A stretch of 50,119 bases of DNA, counting the filler, from Streblomastix strix (Eukaryota): NCBI GenBank assembly GCA_008636045.1. It is 2 parts of 2 records of this genome, joined end to end, with 100 filler letters (N's around TTAATTAATTAA, not from the genome) between each part and the next. Parts side by side here need not be neighbours in the genome. Positions count along the whole stretch, not along the records: positions 1 to 25,015 come from SNRW01000215.1; positions 25,116 to 50,119 come from SNRW01000216.1. One strand, written 5' to 3'. The notes under the pieces are model-generated. The model saw nothing but the letters and a program-made list of their open reading frames with translations. It was not told the DNA's origin and did no database searches. The translations under genes and the position numbers were made by a program. Below are positions 20,290-32,599 of this stretch, piece after piece (the stretch's first letter is position 1; every line of letters begins with the position of its first letter).

Positions 20290-23200
20290 TCAATCCACAC
20301 CGATTATATAATTTTTTGAACTCAATTGCTACCCGTTAATATAAAGGAATGGCGCACAGCATTAATTTTCAAGAACAACCATTTTATTATGAATGGAAGA
20401 TAAACCAACTTTATTTATTTATATTTTTGATACTTCTTTATTTCTTAACTTAGGATATTATTTTGAGAAGAAATTGATTCTCAATTTAATGAGAAATTGA
20501 ATTCTTCATCGTATAATTAAATATTTTAATTTTAAATTATTCCATTCAAACAGTTACTTTTACCTTTATCATTTTCATTGTGTTTTGGATTATAAATGTA
20601 ACGAATTATAGAGCCAGAACAATGTATGCAGTTCCTTCTGCCTCATAACGTACACCCAGTAATTGTTTTTATTAGCCGAAGAATAATGAATAATTTTCAT
20701 TGAAGAACTGCTAGTCCTTTATAATTTATTTGAATTTCTGTCTGCAATCCTCGTCTGGGTTGCCTCTAATGGCCTATGTCATCGAATCAGTATCACCACA
20801 AACATAATGCATCCTGTCCATATCGAAAGCTTTATACATAAAATTATAGATAAAATTGATATACCAATATTTACTATTATCAAGAACGAAATATGCTGAA
20901 TGGAGGCAGGTGTTGCAGTTGCAGCTCTCAGCATTAAATTACACAGCAAATAAATCATCTGTTAGTCATTAATCATTAACGAATGAACCTTAGAGATGAG
21001 ACAACCACGTCCTATCAGTGCTCAACAATTTCGTTTGTGAATATTTTTCTTAATTCATCCCATCGCATCCATAGCTTGAGTTCATAGCTAATTTATAAAA
21101 CTGTTACTTTTCTTTATTTTTTTCATTAATTGTGAAAATTCATTAGTTCACAAATTCCTTAACAAATGGATTGAATCTATCATCCTTAGTGAATGACATA
21201 ACACATTAAATATCGTCAATAATGAAATGAAAATCATCAGTGAGAAGCATTAAATAATAATTGTTGAGCGACATGAACAATCCATGAGCTGATGATAAAT
21301 TTATTAATACTCGTTCAATTTTATCGTGCTACATGATATTTTTCAGCAGCAGATTACATATATATGACCCTAACGTTTTTTAATCAGTCTTAATATTTAT
21401 GTTTCTTAATATAGGAAGAAAATTAATAAAATCTTTTATAAATGCTATTCGTCGATACGTCCTTTGACAACAGCTATAAATAACGGCATTCACTCAACAT
21501 CTCAAAACCGATTTGTATTATAAATTAAATTTCTATGTGTTTATTTATCGATGATTTTATCTAATATTTATCCAGCAATTTATAAATAATTGCCTATATA
21601 TTAAAAGAACTTTTGTGTCCCTGAGCTTTTAACGGAAGTATGTTAGTAAATTGAAATCTTGCGTTAAAAGATAAATTATTTTATTGACGATATCCTAACT
21701 AATGACTATTTCATTTATATAGTTTTTAATTAATTTATTTTTATTTCACCTGCAACATAAAATCTATGTATGACTTATGATAACCCGCCAATGATTCCAG
21801 TACGTAAAATCTTATAAACTTCTTCGTCATTTATAGTCATTGGAAGCGACCTCAAGAGATGGAAATTTTTTTATTGTATAACAAATCATGTTAAATTTTC
21901 ATTTTTATTAGACTTAAATTTACTGCTGAATATGCATCATGGTTTCATATTATACATTGAATATCCAAAATCTTTTTTGATTCTGTCCAATGTTGGAGGA
22001 ATTTTGCTTATGAATCGTGCTTCACATAGTTTGTATCTTGTCGATAGAAATAATTTTTTGTAAAGGGCATAATCTGAATCTTTAATGTTGTTGCTTGTGT
22101 CTCTATTTATTTTTATCGGTTTTCAAACAGCTATAAACATTAATATTCCTATAATTTTTTATGAGCATAAATGGTACGTAAAAATCTTTTAGCGTGTAAT
22201 CCTAAACCAATTTGAAGTCGCTATATGCAAGAGTATATTGAATGCATTAGCGCATGTGAACATCGGCCTTAAATACAATATGTCAATTAAACACTTGAAG
22301 AACATGTCAATCAAATAATCCAATGGCTGAATCTTCGACCCAATATCAGATAAGTAGTAGTATCGAACCTAATCACACCTGTTTGAATATTGCTATGCAA
22401 TAGCCAAATAATTTTAATATTTCTCTTAACCAATTTCTTTACTTTTAATTGTATTTCTAAATGTTTCATTCGAAATTTGCTATAAATTAATTACAATTTC
22501 ATTATTGTTTTCGTAATTGATAAATTCATGACGAAATAAAAGTTATATTGAAGTTGTACACTGATATTATTCTTTAACTTTTTACGTTAAAGACTTGAAA
22601 TCTTTTATAAATTATATATATTTCATCGTTAAGCAATAAATCATCGTATCAATTAACATCAATTCGATTCCAGAACTGTAAAATTGGCAATGATACATAT
22701 AGCATTAAATCAAAACCAAACAACTTATCTATTTACCACTCACTGTTCTACAACTTATCTATTTACCACTCACTGTTCTACAAATTTTTAAGAATTACTG
22801 CAACATCAATCTATAAAGAATTGAAGCCAATTACTGGAACCTTATAATGCTGTGGTATCGCCCTATCTTCAAATTTGTTTGAACCAATAACTTTTCTGGC
22901 TTCCTTAAACAATCATTTAATCCATACATTAATAAAGTTAGCGGTTCATGTGTCAAAATAAATAGAAAAAATTTAATCATTGGAACTTTTAATGACTTTC
23001 TTTTTATCTTTTTTGAAATTGCAATTGTTAATGGGTCTAGAATTGAGATTTATATTGAATTATCATCGAATAATTCATTAATGATTCTTTCAACTGTTTC
23101 TATATCATAAGTTATATAACATTTAGTAAGTTTGAATTCATCCTCTGGTTCATGTACCAGAAGATACCTATAACTAACGTTATTCAATTTATGAAGAATA

Positions 23201-23900
23201 TAGGGTCTTGAAAATCTTTCTTAATACATTTTTTCACAATTTTTCATCCATTTTTTAAAAATTTTATATTTATCTTTTTATCTTTATTGATAAATCTGAA
23301 TCATTGATTTTATAAGCCTATACACCTCAGATTGGACAATATTTTAAACTAATTAATGCTTCAGCATCTTTTATATTAATCCTTGAGCAATTTATTTTCC
23401 GTTAATTGAATATGTTTTTAAAAGATCATTAAATTCTTTTTTTTATTCGTTCTATTCAATTCTTCTTTATTATTGCTATAAATTATAACTACCTATTTCT
23501 GGTGGCTGTGCTGTTGGTTTTGCTATTTTTTTCATATGGTTTTTTTCGAAAAATTTTAGGTTTTCATCAATGAAATCCATCATCTAACCCACTAACGTTC
23601 TTTTGTAGTTATGTGAAGGAGATTATTACCATATGTACAAAGATGATATAACATAATTGACTTTATTAATCATACGTAAATGTATTCATTAATCACTATC
23701 AATCGTGAAACAAATTAATCTGATACGAGTGCTTATTTTTTCTTAAATTAATTTATCACATCCATTCCTTATGTAACTGGTTAAATTTCATTTATTTAAT
23801 ATTCTAAAATTCTCATCTCAATTTAGTCATAATCTCAAACTTGTTATCTTTATGGAACTTTATCAAATTTGATTAAGATTAAGGTTATAAAATAATTTTA
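20290..23900 (-). pseudogene. Protein-primed family-B DNA polymerase of Polinton/Maverick type, frameshifted; 5' limit approximate
   Basis: ExoI YITYDIET (~23095-23118), ExoII VPVIGFNS, IIGGLSQVIHRF, degenerate motif A QDFNLL, motif B FYKLAMNSSYG (21068-21100), motif C MHYVCGDTDSM (GDTDS at 20783-20797), C-terminus HNKMVVLENQCCAPF...GVD* (TGA 20290-20292). Intronless, with several frameshifts and stops. Confidence 0.9.
22721..22783. repeat. Perfect 30-bp tandem duplication inside the polB remnant
   Basis: caacttatctatttaccactcactgttcta twice, followed by caa. Confidence 0.95.
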
Positions 23901-24383
23901 CAGTTAGGAACTGATTCACTAAAACTGAATTTTTGAAAATAGTAGACCAAAAATTTGGCTTAGATCGTAAATAAAGTTTAGAATAGACCTGTGGAATCCC
24001 ATATTATAGGAAAAACTCCAAAATTTGGATAAAATATTAAAATTTTCAAGTAATTTCTTTTATTAAATTATTCTTATCATTCATTATTATTATCATTATC
24101 TTATTCATTTCATTTAGTTTGCATTTCAAAATAATCTACTAATAAAATTTATGTTTATTAAATATAAAAAATAAATAAATATTAATTATTATTTTAATAT
24201 TTTGTTTGATGTTTATTAAGAACAAATAGAAGTTATTGATTTCGGTATGAACAAACTCAGATAAATAGAATAGAAAGTGACAGTTTAAAATTGAATCAGA
24301 TCAAATAATAATATTTCACTGAATGAATGTAATTTCTGATACTAAATGATTTTTCTTCATATTGATCTAAAGAATGGGCTCTT

Positions 24384-24878
24384 TCACCATTGAAGAGCTC
24401 TCTCATTTGGCAGATGTCCAACTGTTGGTGTTGAAAGTTTCTTCAGAGATCGAAGGGTCCAAGCGGAACCAGCCCAATACATGTAAATCTGAAATATGAA
24501 CAAAATTAATAATAATAAAAAATTTGTTTTAAATTATTAATTTGCATACGGCGAATCTGACCTTTTCATTGATTCCTGAGATGTAGATTGGTTGTTGAGC
24601 TCCATCAACGAATAAATGCAATGTTCCTTTCTCAGAATCAAATTCAATCTTAACAATCTAATTATTGGTGAATGCTACATTTCCTGATGTATAGTTTCCA
24701 GTTTTAACAAAAACACTATAATTTGGGCTAAAACATCTAATAAAATATCAGTAATAATAATTTGAATAATTTAGAAAAAAATATAAAACAAACTTCCCAC
24801 AAAAGAAAGCAGTACTAGAATTGCTATTAGGATAACAATTAACAGTAATGTCGTATGACTCTTGAACGATTCCGAGAC
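24384..24878 (-). CDS. Last three exons of a B30.2/SPRY-like beta-sandwich family gene (5' part lost at the contig end)
   Basis: Exons 24878-24794, 24736-24550 and 24488-24384 with GT-AG introns: LGIVQESYDITVNCYP...GNVAFTNNQIVKIEFDSEKGTLHLFVDGAQQPIYISGINEKVRFA|IYMYWAGSAWTLRSLKKL...ALQW*. The [FL]D-x-x-x-G-T-L-x-F pattern is SPRY-like. Confidence 0.75.
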
Positions 24879-24888
24879 CTAATTATCA

Positions 24889-25015
<127 letters not shown>

Positions 25016-25115
25016 NNNNNNNNNNNNNNNNNNNNNNNNNNNNNNNNNNNNNNNNNNNNTTAATTAATTAANNNNNNNNNNNNNNNNNNNNNNNNNNNNN
25101 NNNNNNNNNNNNNNN
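25016..25115. other. Artificial contig-joining spacer
   Basis: 44 N + TTAATTAATTAA (standard-code stops in all six frames) + 44 N = exactly 100 nt. Confidence 0.95.
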
Positions 25116-27408
25116 GAGGAGATGAATATGCTGTTGAATATTAAGATATTTGTGATGAAGTTGTATTTGGATATTAATGAGGATTATTATTATTATATTA
25201 CTATAAAGAAGATAATATTGTTGTAAGTGAATTGGAAAAAGCTAGTGGAGAATATTATTAATTCTACATTTCTGGTGATTAAAGTTGGTTAATTAATTAT
25301 TAATTATTCTAATTAATATTTCTTTATTATTATTACTACTGAAATGAAAGTAAAGATCTGGCAGTTGTTTAATTGGATGCAGTGTTCAGTATATTATTTT
25401 ATTATCTTGAATTGTTAATACTCATTTCATTCTAATATTAAATGAATGATAAAATCATATTTGCCATTTTCTATCTTTCTTTATTTGGTTTTTTAAAGTT
25501 TGATTTCAAATCAGATTAATTAATTGGTGAATTTGAGCTTGATTTATTTCTTTGTTGATTAGGTGACTATTTATATTTCATATCTCCTTAATAATTAATA
25601 CCATCTTCACTTATTTCATATCCTGAAAGTTCATCTTAATTAAATGTCTTTTATTTAATTCTTCTTTAATTCATTATTTCTTATTCTTTCTCTTTCTCTT
25701 CTTCCTTTTCCAATGCTCTCTCAATAAGAACAGAAAGAAGATCAGTTTATGACAGATATTTTGGACTATGAACAATATTTGGTTTTTATTATTGGAATAA
25801 GTTTGGTTCTTAATAAGATGAATGTTTGGGATTAATATTATGAGTAGATGAAATAATCTATGGATGAAATGAGTGCTGTTAATTGGATGGTTGTGGAGAA
25901 TATGAAATTGGAGAAATATTGTTAATTGACTATTAAGGATAATAAAATGCAGGTTAAACAATTATATTTTGATCATTTGGTTTTTGATTTGTTTACAATT
26001 GCATATTACGATCATTGGTTTATATGTATTACTAATTTAATTGTGTTTAATCAACAATTTATTTATCTTTCTATAATTCATTATCTTTCATTTTCTTTCT
26101 CTTCTTTGTCTTCTTATTTTTTCTATCATTACTCCTTGAATGTGATTATGAATAATATCCTTATGATGATGAAGATGATTATGAAGATATTGATATTGAA
26201 TGATTCTTATGTGATTTTCTTCTTCTTTCTTAACTCTTTGATTATTTCTTTCTCATTTCCTGAAAAATAAATAATTATTCCTTCTCTTTTTCAATCTATT
26301 ATCTGATTCCAACTTTAATTTACTCTAATTTCTATACTTCCAATTCATCATTTATTTTCTGCCTTATTTGTTATTCCTACACTTTCTACTTCTATGTTCT
26401 ATCTCTCTGTGCTCTTACATGATCCCTCTCCTTCTTCATTAGTTCTTTCCTAATACCAATTCTGCTTTGCTGGATTATTTCTTATTCTTATTTATATTGT
26501 TTCTGTTCATCCATTTGTTTCATAAGTTGCTGTTAACTGACTGTTTCTAATTCTGAAGGTATTTGTCTCTTTTTCTTTCTTGTTTATTCATCAAATGATT
26601 TGGCTTGCATTTAATTATTTAATTCATGAATACTCGAATTATAATCTTCTTGACCTTTGATTTCATGCTTCTTTTATTTATTAGTTTTCTAATTAGTAGG
26701 TCCATTTGCCAGTACTAAATTAGAATATGCATTTGGGCTTAATGATTAGAAGGGCAATAATGAATCTTTAGATGTTGGATGAATATTAATTTATTATTTA
26801 GGCTTAGGAGAAGGTGGAACTGTTGTTATTGAAGGATCATTTGTGTCTAAATTCTTTTTATCTGTTTTTTCTTCCTTATTTTCATAGAGTTCTAAATTTT
26901 CGTGTTTTTTTAATGTTTGCAGTGTTTAACGTTTAAGTGTTGGTGATTATTAACGTTTAAGTGTTGGTGATTGCTAACGTTTTAGTGTTGATGTAGTTTA
27001 ATGTTTAAGGGTTGATAAACTTGTATTGGTCGTTTATTTCTATATTTTTTCTACTGAATTTCTATTGTGTATGGTATTTTACTCTTAGTCTTATTGTTAA
27101 TCATTCATATTTTTAGATTAATTCAATTGGGTTGCAACTTTATTATTATTTTCTACTTTACTAGGGATAATTATAAAGCAGCTCATCTCACCCCGTAAGT
27201 CCAAAGAGCTCAGTGTGTCTTCATCTATGTTTAATTCTCTGCCTATTACTCGAGCAGTGCTACAAATAAAAAGATTATATCCAGATAAACTATTTATATT
27301 AGCCTTTCTGCATATAGCTTCCTCCTTATCACGGAAATTCTCATTGTCACGCATGGTGAAAAAAAATGTCTGTTCATTGCCTTGCAGGAAAAATCTAATT
27401 AATCCCAT
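25116..27408 (-). CDS. Protein with N-terminal ubiquitin-like domain candidate, short basic repeats, coiled coil and Q/S/P-rich tail; 3' end cut by the contig edge
   Basis: ATG at 27408, MGLIRFFLQGNEQTFFFTMRDNENFRDKEEAICRKANINSLSGYNLFIC...DEDTLSSLDLRGEMSCFII (beta-grasp-like pattern, cf. D-x-x-T-L-x-x-x-x-L). The frame continues through TAA/TAG. Confidence 0.7.
26925..27016 (-). repeat. 24-bp coding tandem repeat (~4 units)
   Basis: Translates as STLKHQTT STLKRQQS PTLKRQQS PTLKRQ. Confidence 0.85.
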
Positions 27409-28044
27409 GATGAATTATCCTAAATAAATTATAATTAAACAAAAAATTCAAAAATAAATAAATTTATTGTTGAATTTGTGTAGATAACTGAATTTATTTG
27501 TATTAGCTTGTTTTCTTGTTAAAAAATTAGATATTTTTACTATAATAATATTATTATTTAAATAATAAAAATTTCAGACATGCAATTTATAAACTAAATA
27601 ATTAAAAAATAAAAATATTTATAAAAAAATATTAAAATTTTAATTTGGAACTCGATATCCTTGCTTCATAGTAAGAAAAATCATTTACGCACTCAATTTT
27701 CATCTCATAATCTTATTTTTATTTATTTTTAATATAACTTTTAATGTATTACTTACTAATTGTAGCAAAAACATGCATTGAAATCTTAAAGCTTTATACC
27801 AGCATTTTACTTGTTACATATTAATTTAATACATTTAAAATAATATATTGCTGCATAAACATATTTTCATTATTTATATACACAAATAAAGTTATTTTAT
27901 TAATAACAATCACGATTTTTGAGCGTAAATATATCAATGTTGATGAACGTTTTCCAGCCTTAAATAGGATTTACTTCAACATTTATTTATCTTATTAATT
28001 CTTTAACTTTTATGTTACATAAATATTTTAGAATTAATCATATA

Positions 28045-30190
28045 ATGCGCGAGTCTGTAATGAAAGAGCTCCTTGAAACGGAGCGAACATACGTTAAAAG
28101 CCTAGGACAGCTCCAACAGTTTTATTTTACTCCTACAACCCAATATTTTAAAGATAAGAATTAGGGAGAGATTGAGCCTGAGTTGAAGGAACTGATGAAA
28201 CAGTCGAAAAATTTGTTAATGATCAATCAGAAATTCCTAGCAGATTTAGAGAACAGGCTTGGAGCAGAAATCACACCTGAAACCCGTATTTCTGACATAC
28301 TGATGCAATTTGCGCCAATATTCAAGATGTTTGTGCCTTATATTGATGCATAATTAGCTGGAACAGGCTCCTTCCTGCGATTGGACAAAAAGAACAAAAA
28401 CTTCCATAAAGAAATAATTCAGCTACAAAAGAATGCTGGATAAGAATTCAGTTTCCAGTCTCTTGTTATAACACCAGTTCAAAGAGTGCCCAGATACATT
28501 ATGCTTGTGAAAGAGACTCTTAAACACACAGATAAAGAACATCCTGATTATGAAGGTCTGGAGAAATCATTGACTCTGCTTCAGGAAACAGCAAATAGGA
28601 TGAATGACCATTTGAAGAATAGGTATATTATTGTTTAAATAATTATGCTTATGATAATTGTATTTATATTATGAATATTGTTTTATAATAAGGATTAAGA
28701 TGTAGAGAATGATTGATCTATCAAATGGGATTGAAGGAATAAAAGTTTGTTTTATGAATAAATATATGAATTATATTTTTTTTTTACTTAAAATTGATAT
28801 TTATAATTAATCACCTATTATTTTTTCTTCGTTTATTTATTACTTCATATAAAATTAGGATTTAGTGCGGCCTTAGCGCACATTATTGAAAGAAGGAGCG
28901 CTCATTGAAATCGAGAGGAATGCAAAGGAACAAAGATATATTCTGCTATTTTCAGATATATTACTGATTTGCAAATTAAAAGTTTGTTTAATTTAAATAA
29001 TATTTGTTTTCTTGAAATTTAATTAATATTCATTATAAATAGAATAAATATCTTAAATATTATTTTAATACTCTCTCTCATTCACTATATAATAAAAGTA
29101 ACCAAGCAATTCTCCACTTCAGCTTCCGACACAAATGAAATTGGTGTATTAGATTGATCTTCATAAACCAATAAGATGCATTGATTGCTCAGTAGTGAAT
29201 GAAGAATAGCAGAAAGAAGGTGGTTAGTAAGTGAATTCACAGGATGGATAAGTTGCGCAGAGATACAAAATAGATGAAAGTAAGATAGACAAACAGAAGA
29301 GCAATGATTAGTCATCTTCTAAACCTCTATTTATGATCCTAACATCCTCTAAGACATATCTGATTGAAGGATCATTTGTCAAGGAGACCAGAGAATGGAT
29401 TAAAGCGATTAAGAATGCAAGAGGGAACATATAAGAATAAGAAGAGGATTTGAAGAAAAGAAGAACTGTAACAAAGAAACTCATAAATGGGGAAACAACA
29501 ACTGAATTAATGGAAGACAAGTTTAATAAATCATTTTCAGAGGAGAACCTGATCCAATAAGGATAGCAACAGTCATATGATGAGTATGATGAACAGGATG
29601 ATGGACTCAATTAGAGTGAAGAGGATCGTAAAGCTGATGAAGCACTTGAGATCATCCCTCCAAAAGATCCTATTCTGTGGGAGAGGCATCTTTCACATAT
29701 GGGAATTGATTGGCTCAATGTGAAGAGCTTTAAAACTGAGGATCAGAAGCAGGAGAAGGAGAAAATTAAGGAGTTGAGGCCTCTGGATTCAAATAAGAGT
29801 GAAAATGAGAATGAGGAGACAATTTAGGAGGATAAAACTATATTGGAATAAGAGCATAAATTAAGGCAGATTATATAGAGCTCATTCTCAGAGGTTAAAC
29901 AGGAAAGTACAATTCTGAGTCTTTCAGAGTTTGATGAAAAAGAAGAGACAGATGAAAATTCATAATAATAATAAAATTAAGAAAAAGGAATTGAAAGGAA
30001 AATTTTGAGTCCAGTTAAGATATATAATAATATCAATAATAATAATCAATAGAATTAGAGCTCTTAGGATAATCAATAGAATGACAATTCAACCAACTCA
30101 ACAGATGGCAATAGAAAATTGGGTCTCTTAATCGCTATTGGAGTACTCCTCTTTCTCGCGTATCGTTATATTTATAAAAAAAAATAATGA
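28045..30190 (+). CDS. Dbl-family Rho guanine nucleotide exchange factor (DH-PH) with C-terminal transmembrane helix
   Basis: DH: MRESVMKELLETERTYVKSLGQL...FAPIFKMFVPY...FQSLVITPVQRVPRYIMLVKETLKHTDKEHPDY. PH: RTLLKEGAL...RYILLFSDILLIC...ETREWIKAI. Introns at about 28623-28692, 28745-28858 and 28982-29098. Ends RKLGLLIAIGVLLFLAYRYIYKKKQ* (TGA 30188-30190). An additional upstream exon is possible. Confidence 0.9.
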
Positions 30191-30782
30191 GAGAAAAATC
30201 TATATGTATGCGTACATAATAACATAATTTTTATTAATATATTAATTATATATGAAGTTTAATATGTTCATCTAATTTAAATGTAATTTTTGTATAATAT
30301 TTTATAGGATTTCTGCTGAATGAAACAATTTATCTCAAATATAATGATTATTGAATCGCAATAATTATGAGGAAAATATTTTTTGGTTATTTTCTCTAAT
30401 ACACTTTTTGAGCAGGCATATTATCATATCTTTTGTTGCCTACTCTGATTATATACAATAATTTCAGATTCGTGTGTTTTAATTATCAATAAACAATTTG
30501 ATTATTATGACAAATATTTGTTTATAAAAATTTTACTCACAGCTCGTCTCATTTTATTACTAAGATGAAATATCTTTTTATTTATAATTATTTCTACCTT
30601 CATTAAGAATTTATATTTACCCTTTATAACTATTTGAAAATCAAGAAAAAAAAATGTGCATTAAGTAGGAAATATGATTTGCAGTAATATTTCAAAGTTT
30701 ATTACTCAACTATTGCAAATGATATGCAATATCCTCATCATTCTTTGTGTCTAATATCAATGTGTCCTGTAGACCTCTTGTA

Positions 30783-32018
30783 TCATTTCTTTGGTACAGG
30801 CAGTGGGTATGACATCTCAATAATTTTGAGGAGATGGCTCGTTTTCTATTTTTATAGATCTCCACGCTCTTCAAACTGGCAAATGAATTCGTAGACCCTT
30901 TTGAAGTTTTAAGATTTTACTGCACACAAATAAATATCAATTTTTAAAATGAATAATTAAATTTAACTTAATATTTAATTTAGTTCAAATAAATATGAAA
31001 TATTAAATGAAATGCAAACCAGCTTCCTCGCATCTCATAAGAATTTTTGAGTTGGTTTCATCTTCAATGTCTTCCAGTTTCAATACAACTTCCTCTAAAA
31101 TTCAGCATCAAAAATATCAAGATATAAATTAAAAGTAATAAATAAATAAACCTTAATTGTACTTAGCATCATCACCCTTTCTCTGATAAGGTGAAAAATT
31201 GATATAAGCAAATGCAGGAGTTTCTTCAATTTTTGGTAATTTTTCAACGCCTATTATCAAACCAATAAGTGATACTTTTCGACCCTGTAAAAATTATTTC
31301 AGATTAAAATATAAAAATTATGTTAAATGAACTTGAAAACCTTAAATAAATCGTTAAAATAAATGTCTGGTGAGCTTTATTCACCCTCAAGAAGATATGA
31401 AGCAAATATTCCAAATGTCAATGTAAGATCAGCCCTTTCTTTTATATCCTTATTGGCAAGATTATAAACGAGTTCTCCTGTTTGTGAAGGAAGTGTTAAT
31501 GGTTTAACACCTAATTACAAAGAAATAAAGTGGAATATATTATAAAATGATTGAAAAATAGACTATAAACCTCTTATATTGATATTCGCAACAAATTTTA
31601 ACTATTTGCCAACTTATATTTCACTACCATAAGAATTCTAAATTGCTAGTGGTGCATTTAAATTGATGTCATATTCTGAAAGGTCCTCTCCATTTATCTT
31701 CATTGTGACTGTTAATATTTTATCAGTCTTCTATTTTACAATCCCATTCCAATATACAATGCTTCCATTAATGTCTCCAGCACCATCCAAGAGATTCTTC
31801 TTTGTTATTTTTGCAGAACACAGATCAATGTAATCCTCCCAGGTGAAGAAAGCGATTTTACCTTCCCTTCCTTATTATTAATCTGGAATCATATTCGAGA
31901 ATTCTTGTCGTTACAAGTATAAAACAGATATGATAAAAAAAAATAATTGGGCATGAAAGTTTGCAAATAAAAAAAAAGCAAAGATAATCTAAAATGGAAA
32001 AATTGGTGCATTCTGCAT
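30783..32018 (-). CDS. Five-exon protein with N-terminal hydrophobic anchor and two putative OB-fold-like units (wolframin C-terminal/tRNA_anti-like resemblance)
   Basis: MQNAPIFPFQIIFAFFLFANFHAQLFFFIISVLYL...FFTWEDYIDLCSAK...INGSIVYWNGIVKQ...; second unit LTFGIFASYL...FNDLFKGRKVSLIGLIIGV. Four GT-AG introns splice in frame; TGA at 30783-30785. Confidence 0.7.
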
Positions 32019-32599
32019 TGTTTAAGAGTAATTTTTTGTATATCATTATAAATTATGATTAAAATGTACGTATGAGTAAAAATGATCAATTATTATACAA
32101 AAAAATGCATTTATTCTAAGCTCTGCATCAATTTTAATGTGCAATATTTGCTAAGCAGATTTTAAGTTCAAATAGGTGTTAATTGAATAAACAATAATAA
32201 TTATTATTATATAAATATTATTTAAGTAGAATAAAATATTTGATTATAAATATAAATTCGTTTTGCGTCGAGAACAAGGATTTTTGTTTTGCAATCCGAA
32301 TTTCGCTTTTGTAGCAAATAAGGAATAATAATTGCAGGTATACAATAAAATGTTAACTTTTCACTTAAATTATCATACAATATCAATATGAGTAACGGGA
32401 AATGAGTCAATTTCCAAAACTGAATTCCCATCGCACAAACAACAAAAGAATTTTCTTTGTTTAACTTTATAAATGTATGTTAAGCATATTTAAATAAATA
32501 AAATAATTATAAATGATAATTTAAATGATGATTGATGAAATAAACAAGAAAATATTTTTTTTGAACATTGAACTCGAACTTATACCTAAATCTTATTAT

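Noticed and set aside
23900..24050. Candidate Polinton terminal inverted repeat
   Set aside because: No matching arm found in the window and no clear terminal signature.
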